A stretch of 52,165 nucleotides of DNA from Saprolegnia diclina VS20 (taxonomy: Eukaryota). Below are positions 1 to 10,700 of this stretch, piece after piece (the stretch's first letter is position 1; every line of letters starts with the position of its first letter). The notes below the pieces were generated by a model that saw only the letters and a program-made list of their open reading frames with translations, did no database searches and was not told where the DNA came from. The stretch spans positions 529,762 to 581,926 of the forward strand of contig NW_008246105.1 in the NCBI RefSeq assembly GCF_000281045.1, read 5' to 3'. A program made the translations under genes and the position numbers.

Positions 1-1220
1 CCTCGCTGGTTGTTGAACTGGAACGTCTGCTTCTTGGCGGTGCCAAGGAACTTCTTCTGCAGCGCCTGCATCTCTTCCACCTGTTGGCGCAAGAGAAAGT
101 TCTCCTTCTTGAGGTCGATGTGCGCGGCAAAGGTGGTTGTCGAGCTCAATCGACTCTGGTACTGCACCAGCTCTGCCTGTAGCGACTCGACGTGGTCCCG
201 CAGCTGCTGGTTGTCGCCTATAAGAACGTAGTACGTAGCGCTTCGAGACGCAGCGTGTACGTAGGAGCTGCTTGTTGCGCGCTAGTGTAGGGCGCATTGC
301 ACTGTCGAGCGCCTCTTGGCTGATCGCGGGTGTAACCTCGACCTTGATGCTGGGGGTTCGGTCACATTTCGGCGACATTTCCCGTAGCTGGCTGACTTCA
401 GCTCGTGCACCTTGCAGCTCCTGCACGACGAACTCCATCTGTGCAGTGTGTCGTCAACGTACATGTAGCTTCGAGGAATCGTACCTGGCGCTCTTTGTCC
501 TCGAGCGTGCGGTACAGCGCTGCGTGCTCGTTCTCAAACGCCAGCTTCTGCGCTCGAAGGGCTTCAATCTGCTCTGTAAACGTCTACTAGCATGTGAGTG
601 GTTGAGGTACTATTGCTTGCAGTAAGTACGCACCCATTCCTTCTTCTGAAGCTTTTCGATCGTGTCGGCCATGCGGAGGCACTCGCCCTCGGCGTTGGCG
701 CGGGCGTCCAGCGCCTTGGCAAGTGCGTCCGCGTCTTGGTTGCTGCGGGCGTCGGACTTGGCGATATTGGCTGCCAGCGCCGCTTGGAGCTCGTCGCGCT
801 CGCGTGTGGCGTCGACAACGAGCCGCTCCTTGGCACTGAGATTGAACTCGAGGTTGTAGTTGGCAGCTTCGAGCTCATGCACTCGCGTCTCGAGGGTGGC
901 AACCTTGGCGTTGTCCGATGCCATCGCCTACGATAGAAGTCTGGAACTTGGCGCAGTATAGCGTAAAGAATAGGCTACGGGCGAGCGCTGGAGCCGCTCC
1001 AGCTCGTTTTCGAGCTCCACGACGCGCTTGGAAAGGTCGACACCCTGCCCCATGGAGAGAGGAAAGGCCTGCATGTACCATTAGGCATGTGCAGTGAAGG
1101 TGCTCATACCTTTTGCGACAACGTCTTCTTCATCTCGGCGTTCTCATCCAGCGTCTTCTGCAGGAGCTCCAGCGTCCGAACATGCTTGGAGCGCAACTGC
1201 TCGGTGGTTCGGTCCATCAT
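1..1220 (-). CDS. Multi-exon coiled-coil protein of unknown function; the 3' end runs off the left edge of the window
   Basis: ATG at 1220 reads MMDRTTEQLRSKHVRTLELLQKTLDENAEMKK up to a GT donor. Further heptad-rich exons follow (610-924 ...LETRVHELEAANYNLEFNL...; 1-230 ...NQQLRDHVESLQAEL...ENFLLRQQVEEMQALQKK), separated by short GT-AG introns. Confidence 0.6.
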
Positions 1221-1595
1221 CGCAATAGCAACGCACTAGTGGCACCCAACTTTTAGGCGCCAAAGCTGCGTGAAGGGCAGTGTACCGTACGAGAAACTTT
1301 TCTGTGCTCCGACATACGCGCATGCGTGGAGATGCATAGTATGAAAAGCTCCATTGCTCGCTAGCATCCCTCCCGCCCGACGGTGCTGCGCGAGCTCCGA
1401 GTTGCGCTGCGTGTGTCTAGCCTTGTCATCCTCAGATCTATTTTTAGAAGCCGCACCTGGACCTAGGTGGAAAGCGCACCTGTCTCTGTTTTTCGTCCAA
1501 TCGATGCCTGGGAACCACGGCTTTCGTGAGGTGTTTTGACCAATCAAAAACGGCGTGGCGGAGCTTACGAAAGGACTGGTAGAAGACGAAGCGCG

Positions 1596-2599
1596 ATGAC
1601 CAAGTCCAAGAACCAGAAGAAGCAGCGCGACTCGTCCGTGCGCGGCTCGACCAAGATCTCCAAGAAGGCCGCCAAGGGCAGCGCCAAGAAGAACGCTGCC
1701 AAGACCACGCAGGTCGTCGCCAAGCCCGCGGCCAAGGGCGGCAAGAAGGCCGGCCTCTCGGCCATGCAGGAGCAGATGAAGCGTCGCTTGGAGGGCGGCA
1801 AGTTCCGCATGCTCAACGAGCAGCTCTACACGACAACCGGCGTCGAGGCGTTTGAAGAGTTCCAGGCCGAACCCGAGCTCTTCGACACGGTGCGTCGAGC
1901 TGGTTGTCCTCTTGCTTGATCAAAACATTGTGTAGTACCACGAGGGCTTCCGGGAGATGGCCGAGAAGTGGCCGCTGAACCCGCTCGATACGTTCATCAA
2001 CTACGTCAAGTATGGATTAGCGTGCATGCAAAGGCTCACTGGACTGGCTGCTAGGGCGCACCCAAAGGCGGTGGTCGCCGACTTTGGCTGCGGCGACGCG
2101 CGCCTCGCCGCGTCCGTGCCCAACACGGTGCACTCGTTCGACCTCGTCTCGCGCAACCCGTCGGTCACGGCCTGCAACATTGCCAACGTACGTCCTTGCG
2201 TAAAAACAACGTACTAACGTGGTACGTAGGTTCCGCTCGAAAACGAGTCGGTGGACGTTGCTGTCTACTGCTTGGCGCTCATGGGCACGACGCTGGTCGA
2301 GTACCTCCTGGAAGGTCGCCGCGTGCTCAAGCCCAACGGCGTCATGAAGGTAGAGTCATCCTCTTTGTCGTTGGTAGATGCTCATGCAGCACTAGATCGC
2401 TGAGGTCAAGAGCCGCATGGAGACGCCGTCGCTCGGCATCCCGGGCTTTGTCAAGAAGGTGACGGACCTCGGCTTTGATCTCAAGCACAAGGACGAGTCC
2501 AACAAGATGTTTGTGACGTTTGAGTTTGTCAAGACGAAGCGGTCGCCCAAGGCCAACGTCCAGATCGAGATGAAGGCGTGCGAGTACAAGCGCCGATAG
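1596..2599 (+). CDS. RRP8: Ribosomal RNA-processing protein 8 (25S rRNA m1A methyltransferase), 5 exons
   Basis: Motifs LEGGKFRMLNEQLYT, YHEGFREMAEKWPLNPLD, VADFGCGDARLA (SAM motif I), VHSFDLV, VDVAVYCLALMGT, IAEVKSR and the C-terminal KACEYKRR. GT-AG introns start near 1890, 2010, 2188 and 2350. Confidence 0.93.
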
Positions 2600-2656
2600 A
2601 TCACGAAGACGTAACTATGAAAACGCTTGGCATTAAGCGTGCAGATGCAGGAAGAG

Positions 2657-4482
2657 CTAGATGCGCAGCTGGTACTGGCCCGCACGCGTGACGTAGCGGA
2701 CCCACTTGGTCGTCTGGTACGAGCTCTTCTCAAACACCTTGAGGAAGCGCACGTGGAGACCAGAGGCCGTGAACATGGGCACTTGGAACTCGACCTGGAT
2801 CGGGGGTCGCGACCACGACTTCTCCTTCGTGCCCTTCATGATCTCGACCTCGGCGTCCAGCATGCGCTCCAGCGTGCCCTGGAACTTGCGGATCTTCCAC
2901 ACGATCGCGTGGTGCTCGGGCGCGTGCTTGGCGCTACGGTGGATTCTATCAAATTATCAAGTCAGCAAGTAGCGACGTACGTTCCGATTGGCACGGTGAT
3001 CTTGCAGCGCGCCGTGTTCTGGGGCACGGGGATCTTGATGACGAGGTTCGTCGCAAAGAGGCGTGCGCTAAACGTAGCCGCGATCTACGCATCTCCAATG
3101 TGAGTCATCCTCAGACTCCGACCGAACGACCCACCTTGAGCGAGACGGCCATGCGCGTCGACGAGCCCTCTTGGTAGGCCGGCATGATCTTGAAGGGCAA
3201 GTTGATGTTCTCCGTGACACGGTACCTGGACGACCCCCAATGTGAGTCGAGCCCTTTAGAGCATGAGCGTACTTCATGAGCTCAAACTCTCCGTCCGGCG
3301 GCACAAACGTGATGGTGCGGTCCGCGTCAAACTTGCCGAGGCGCACGCAGCGGTGGAACGTGCAGTCGTCGATCTACGCGTGAGCTACACAACACTGCTG
3401 CAGAAGAGCACAAGGCGAACCTCGACTTCCTTCTGGGCCCGCTTTTGGCCCGCGGCCTTTGGCGCCGCGTCGCCCTTTTGCATCGTGAGCTTGTCGTTGA
3501 GACCAAGCTAGCGCATCTCTGAGCGTCCAAATTTGGTAAACGTATTTCGAACGCACCTTGCACTCTGGCATGCCCGTGAGCATTGTCTTCATAACGACTT
3601 GGCCAACGACTTCGTTGCGGAGCACAGCGCCTGGACACGCGTCAGATGACGTAGCGACGACTGGATGGACGCACCGTTCGAGGACATGAGGAGGTTGACG
3701 CTTTCAAAGACATCCAAGTACACTTCGTTGCGCTTGTACTTGATGCCCTCGCGACGCCTAGGTAGCTCCATGACGCATGTTCGTAGCCCATTCGAATATG
3801 CACCAGTCGATGGCACCGGTGATTTGCGACGTCAATTGGCCGGGCTGCGCCGTCGACGTGGCAGCATCCGCCTGCGCTCGCGCTATGAGCGCCAAACCAC
3901 GGGAGACAAGTACATACCGACATGGAGCCGAGGTTGATGTACATCTTGAGCACATCCGACGAGCAGTTTTGCGGGTATCCATAGTCCATCGTCTCTACGC
4001 AGGGCGTGTTGAAGCATTGATGCCAAGCACTGACCATGTCGTACCATCGAGGAGTTCGTACACGAGTGTAAAGTTGTTGCGGATGCTTTCCTACGCGACG
4101 CAGGTAGCTTCGCCGAGCCTTGCATCGGCCAGTACCTCGTTGTATTTTTTGCCCAGGTAGTCTTGAAAGATGCCATTGAGGTTGGTGAGGAACTGAAACA
4201 CGAGCGCTGCACCCCCATGGTCATGAGAACGACGCCATGATGCAGGTTCGTACCAATGTTGATGTTGGCCCGAGAGACAGCGACGAGATACAGATTCTCG
4301 TGGCGCGTGTAGAGGAACGAGCAGCCGTCGATCGACTTGATGGGCGGGAGCGACCCGGTCTCCTTGGCGGCGATGACCTGGAGGCGGAAGGCGTCAGCCG
4401 CCCGGCGGCTCACGTCGTCGCGGTAGAGCCGGTTGAGCACGACTTCGCCCTTCTGCGAGATGAGGAAGAGGCCGCTGATCAT
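2657..4482 (-). CDS. AP2M1: AP-2 clathrin adaptor complex subunit mu, multi-exon
   Basis: [106 protein letters not shown], and the C-terminal [52 protein letters not shown] typical of mu2. Confidence 0.93.
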
Positions 4483-4680
4483 TTCGTCGTCGCTGGAAAT
4501 CCACAAATGGCCTCGAAAACCGATGCGTTGAAACGACCGCCAAAGTGCACTTGCACTTTGTATGCCGGAAGATCGCGTCCGGATACCAAACGGCATCATT
4601 CCACGCTATCCGGAATCCTTGCGATCTTCCTGATACTTTGATACAAATGCCCACCGTGGCGTATTCAGAAGACGACGTGT

Positions 4681-7348
4681 TCAATACTTGGACACCTGGT
4701 TGTTGCTGAGGAGCGACCGGATCTTGGTGACGTGCCCCAGCAGTAGTGTCTCGCGGTTGACCGAATCTTCGTCACGAGGCTGGGTACGAAAGTGCTGCAG
4801 GACGCCGTGCGCGAGCTGCGCAAGGGTCGATTCCAGGTCAATCTCGACGTTGCTCTCGTAATGTCTACTTCTCTCTCGACCTTGATGGTTGACGAGGTAC
4901 GTCTGCTCACAAGCGGGCTTGCTTGGAGCACTGCGGTTCTCGCCGTCTCGCTTCTCCCTGCCGTCGCCGGCATGGTCGTCTCCCCACCACTCTTTTGCAT
5001 CTTGGTACTCGATATGGACAAAATGCTCGACGTCCTGGCCGACTACGAGCTGAGCGGCAAACTTGAGCCGACCCTTGGCGCGCTTCTCAGCCGACTGCCC
5101 ACTCGCCAAGCTGTTCATCACGTTGGCGCGCTCTGCGTACCAGCGCTGCTCTGCAAAGTCGATGATGCTGTCGTACGAGTTGCCCATCCTACGCAGCTCG
5201 TTGATGAGCTTATTATTGAACTGCAATGGTGTCCAGATGGAGGACATGGCGATGAGAAGGTTCACGAGCACGATGACAACGAGCGCCATGTACACAAAGA
5301 TGAAGAGCTGCGATATGGTGCTGCGCCGGTACTCGTCGAACGAAAACGTGGCGGCAAAGACAGCGAGGAGAAGGGACTGGACCCGGTCGAGGAACGCGCC
5401 GGCGCCAGACCGGTTGTCGACGACCACGTACAAGGCAGAGGCAAAGCCAAAGAGGATCGAGGCAAACACGAGCACGAAGCGGACGACGTCCAACTTGAGC
5501 ATGCGTCCAAGCATCACGATAAACGGCCCGGTCGCCCGAAACCCGTAGAGGAAGAAGAACATGTAGAGGTACGAGCACAGGAGCGCGCTCGCGACAAAGG
5601 CGTCTTCGGACGCAAAGTCACCGCACGCCCGGCATATGATACCGCCCACGATGAGCAGCCCTACAGCACCCTTTAAAAGGTTGTCGACCATTGCCGCGCC
5701 AGAGTCCTCCGTGTACGACCGCCAGCCTGCAATTGACACATTGATACAATTCGCAAGACATGTCATACCGTGGTGTTGGACTTGGCGGAGCTCGCGAAGC
5801 ATACACAAGACGACCTCGCCGACGACGTAACACTCACAGACAATAAGAACCCAAGCGTCAGCGAGCGTCGACGATTTGTCGCGGTAATGGCTTGGGAAAA
5901 GAGTCGAGCCCGTGAATACGAGTGTAAAGATGACGTGGCGACACAAGTCGCGGCGAAACCTATGGCGGCGTCGGCGTCGTCTGGACTTGCAGCACTCGAA
6001 AGTGTACATGGCGGCGCCGACAAACTCCCATTTCTTATCCAGAAGCTTCTCGATTTCGTGGGTGCTCAGGATCTCGAGGCGGCCGCGCATCGCTTCCTAC
6101 GCTGGAGACATCGCACAACGAGTCTAAAGTAGGTCCGTGTACTTCTTGAGCTGTCTTGGGAATGCATTTGGAGAGGACGCGGTACGATGTGAGGCACTCG
6201 ACCGCCGATCTCTGCACAGTAGTGGTACACTGTCGAATGTTGGGATGAAAATTGTACCTTGGCGCGCTGCCCAGTGACGCTCTGTGGGCCTGTCGCAGAC
6301 CGGTCGAGGCATTCGTCGACGTCGCGCAAAGGAATCATCTTGGTAACGGCGGGCCCATACTTCCACGTTGTGGTAGCACGCCGCATCACTTGGTGTTGGA
6401 AGATGGTTGCCTTGCCCATGGCGGCCGCCAGAGTCAAGGGCGTCCTACCTCGCAGTCAGATTTCTGGTGCTTCTTGGCTGCATGTGTACAGAGAATCCTC
6501 ATTGTATTGGTGCAAGAAGCGGTTGAACGACAAGTTGTCCGCGGGCTGGAGCCGTTGGAGAAACGCATGCAGATCGTAGGTGGGGTCGTCGACGGCGAAG
6601 CCCACCGGACACGCGTAGGGGTACGTCGTCATGGCGTACTTGATCGCAAAGTCATAGACTTCGGGGAGGTCGTACACAACTGCGGGTGCAGTGCGTTGTA
6701 ACCAAAGCGATCGGTCATGAAGATCGACGTCTTGGCGGCCGGTGACCCCGGAGGCGCCTTTTCAGCCGCCGCCAAAATTGCTTTGGCGCCGTCCAAGAGC
6801 TTGGCCGCCATCGCAAACAAAAGCGGCGTCCCGCCCAAGTAGCACAACATGCCAGGCTCATAGCGGGATGCGGTTGTCTCGGCGTCCTACCCGCTCCTGA
6901 GAAATCATAGCAAAACCTGCCGTACGAGGAGGTCTGGGACAGTATCAACAAGCCACTGGATCGCTTCTACATTGCGATAGACGACCGCAAGGTGCAACAC
7001 GTTCTCGCCGTGGAACGGCGACGCGCTGCTCACATGCGTTAAAAGTTGCTGCTTGTTGTCGCCGGGCTCTACACGCTGTGACTTGACGAGCGCCCGCAAA
7101 CCGCCACGTACCAAGGCACGCAGTGATTAGCGTTTGGCCGAGCTCAAAGTATTTTCGGGCGTACGCGACCATGATGGGCGTCGCGCCGTCACTTGTGCGA
7201 CACCGGCACTCATGGGGTGGTTTCGCAGGTACGCCAGCGCGCCACGCGTGTCATTCGCACTCACGAGCCGGAAAATTTCGACTTCACAATACTGCACGGC
7301 GACGATTTCGTCGTCGGTCGCGTGGACCCGCGAGACGACGCGAGCCAT
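4681..7348 (-). CDS. Ankyrin-repeat TRPV-like cation channel, multi-exon
   Basis: Ankyrin repeats (GENVLHLAVVYRN, CYLGGTPLLFA, DRFGYNALH, PLTLAAAMGK), TRPV-type linker WKYGPA, six-TM region with GFRATGPFIVMLGRMLKLDVVRF (S4-S5), and S6/TRP box VNLLIAM-MGNSYDSI...WYAERA. Confidence 0.8.
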
Positions 7349-7781
7349 GCGAGAGCCGCAACAGGTAACGGCTAGAAAAGTCAATTATTATTTCAAGTTT
7401 TTTGCACTTTTGCACTTTTGCACTTAGGTGTGAAAAATATTTTCAAGTTTTGTTTTGTGGCTTTTGCGTGGTCTACGTTTATTGAAAATTGCATGATTTT
7501 CGAGTGGTGTGCCACAAACACCCAACACCAATATTCCACACTTACTACCCTCAAACCCCCTGGAACCCAGCAACTGGAGTGCCCACTTGCCCCTGAACCC
7601 ACCACCTAAATCCCAAAAACGTAGACATAGCAGAAACTTGATACGCGGTTTCTTCGGCCATCGCTTAATGGAGCGCTTCTCGCTGCTGTTGTATGGGGCG
7701 ATGGAACTGCGCTCGACTCTGGCAGTGTTTTCATGGCGTACACTGCTGAATGTTCACGAGCTCTTGCTTGAGAACGTGAGG

Positions 7782-10700
7782 TCAGAGCTTCATTGGAATC
7801 GCGTGCGCCAAGTACGGGAAGGGCCTCGCTCCGCCGTCCGAGACGTCGATCGCGTACTGCCGCCACGTTTTGATGTCAAGAATGTACATGGTGCGCTGCC
7901 ACTCGAACGAGAGGAGGCCGGTGAGGACGGCGGAAGCGCGGTCAATGTAGTAGACGCCGTCGACGATCCAGCCGTCCGTGGCGTAGTGGTACTTGGCCGT
8001 TGCGTAGAGCAGGTGCGAGTGCGCTTCCGATATCGACGCGCGCGGTCGCAGATACCGCTCGAGGACGTACAAGACACCGACGGTGGCGGTCGTGCCACCG
8101 ACGATGCCTGCAAAGCGCCGCATGCGGCCAATCGCGACGACGCCGCTGCGGCATTCGACCTGAAAGTCGACGGCCGAGACGTCGCAGGACCGAGCGAGCG
8201 TGACGAGCGGGCGCACGGGAAGGCAAAACGTCCCAATCGCGAGGCCGGCCCAGACAACGAGGCTGGCCTTCATGCCGTAGCGCGCCGTGTGCTGCTTGGT
8301 GAGGAGCGAGAAGGCGTCGTTGAGGATGAAGACGAGCCATGTGATTTCGCCGGACGCCATGATGGTCGTGTACCACGCTGGCGTCGACGGTGCAAAGGCG
8401 TAAAAGCCAGCGACTTGATTGAGGTCGAGTGTGGCGGTCGAAAGAAGGCAAATCGCTGTGGTACCGCGCAACAGCAGCAGCGGTCGACCGATCCAGACAA
8501 GGCCGGCGACGCGGTTGATGGAAAACATGTTGAGCCCCTCGATGGCCCCGCGGGCGCCGAGGACGTAGACGACGACGAGCATGGCGACGGCGCCGAGGAT
8601 GAATGTGATGAAGAGAAGGAGGCGCCGGCAGTAGTACGAGACATTGACCGGGACTTCCATGCTGTTGACGGGCTGCGTCGAGATCGTGTTGCGGCCCGAG
8701 ATAATCGTGAGCGACTCGCCAGTGTCGCCGACGAACGAGACGACCTCGCGCACGGCGTCGACCCACTCAAAGAGGAAGAGCCAGCTATGAAACGCAAACG
8801 AGGCCGACGCCAAGAGACTCTCTTGGAGAAGCACCGTTTGGTTGGTGCTGCTGTCGCGAAGGAACTGCACGAGCTGTACTCGGTTTGCCAGCTGCGTCTT
8901 GAGCCGAGCCGCGGGCAGCTGCACCGCGGCAACGAGCGTCTCTGGCACGGCGGCGCGCACAAACGAGAGACGCGCCGCGTAGTTGTCAGGACACGACGCG
9001 GCGCTGACCGTCTCGGCGGCGCAGATGGCGGTCGGCGTTGGAAAGTCTGCGGCCAGCAGGGCCAGCACCACCATCGAGCTCGACGCGACGACCGAGTTGG
9101 AGACGCCGAGCGTGCACGCGCCCGCGGCCGTGAAGAACTCGAGGAGGTTGAACGTGGCGGGGGACGGCAATGTCGGGCACGTGACGTCGCCGCCCACGTA
9201 TTCTGCACCGACCCATGCCAGCGGCACCGGACTGCCCTGGAGGCCGGCGGCGATTTCACTGTAGGCAGTGGCCGTCGCGATATCGGAGACAAAATGTTCG
9301 ACGAGCGCTTCGGTCGAGGCTTTGTACCACGTGAGGAGCTCGCGGGGCGGCGCCACTCGCTGCATTGTGATGGTGCCGAAGGGGCCGAGAAGGCTGCGGA
9401 GGAGCGAAAATCCCGGGTCCATTGGCGCCGGCAGCGTACCGTTGGCGATGAGAAGCGCCTCGGGGGTCGTGTTGCGATAGAGAAACCGAGGACTCTGCCG
9501 AATAAGCGAGCTTCCGACGTCGTGGGATGCATTGCTCGAGATGCTGTAAAGGTCGTTGGCGAGCGTCCAGTGCATCTTGAAGCTCGACTGCACCGACGTG
9601 TGGAGACTGCCGTTGGAGCGCTTGAGCGTCAGCGGGTACTGCATCCCCAGTGCGTTCTCGATCGCTATCGTTTCAATGACGCCCAACGTCTTGTAGTTTT
9701 GCCACTCGGTGACAAACGCAGTGATGCCCATGCGCCGCCAGTAGGCCTCTTCGCTCGCCAGCGACAACTTGTCGTCTGCTCGCACTTCTCGCAGCCACGC
9801 TCGCCCGCGGCTCGTGGATGCAAGGTACGAGAAGACACCTGTTTCGAGGCTCACGCCGAAGCAGCGCTGCCACTGCGTCCAGTCGAGAATGTTGCGCAAA
9901 GCAGACTCGAGGTACACGGCGCCGTTCTCGACATGCTGCTTACAGGCTTCTTGGCGAGCTGCAGTCGCGCCGAGCTCGTACGTTTGGTTGAAGTCCACGT
10001 AGCAGTAGCTCGTCGAGATGTACGCGATGAGGCACGGGTTCATATTGCGGAGACCAGCAATGACCGCTGCGAGCGAATTCACTTGATTCTGGAGCGACGA
10101 GGCGTAGACGACGAGCGGCGCGGACGCGAGCGGCGACGTCGCATTGTAGTTGTGCGCGTTGTCGCTAAACTTGGGCGCTGCCAGCTCGACGGCGTCCAGC
10201 GCCCCCGTGAATTGGAGCTGCCGGTTGAACCAGTTGGTCAAGTACGTCTGGTGGCCCGTCGCATTGAACGTCGCCCACCAAAAGTCGTTGGCCATCGCCG
10301 TTGACGAGACGTAAATGTACGTGTAGCTGCCGACGATCGAGAACACCACGTACGCAAACCCGCCGAGAGCCCGGACGTAGAAGCGGCGCATCGAGAGCAG
10401 CGGCACCGGCAACGACGATGCGAACGGCAAGATCGGGCCCCTGGTCGTGCACAGCGAGTCGAAGCGCAGGACGCACCAGAGCTTGAGGTCGAGGCGCGCG
10501 CCGCGGCCAAAGGGTACGAGACCGGATAAGACGCTCGTGACGACGTCGTCGTGCCAAAACTCCGAGTGCACTTTGCTCAAAAACACCTCAGCGGCCGCGG
10601 GGACAAGGACGTGCGGCCGCCACTCGCGCTGCCCCCGTGACGTCGACCCGGTACAGAGGCGCTGGACGGCCATGGCCAGCGGAATGCAGCCGACGTTGAT

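Noticed and set aside
2657..4482. Functional linkage between AP-2 mu and the YVPL-tailed disintegrin protein in the same window
   Set aside because: They are 40 kb apart in a eukaryote; co-location carries no operon-like meaning.
7509..10304. 931-aa plus-strand ORF
   Set aside because: Antisense shadow of the 1721-aa gene. High GC3 removes stops on the opposite strand, and the translation is Arg/Gly-rich with no motifs.
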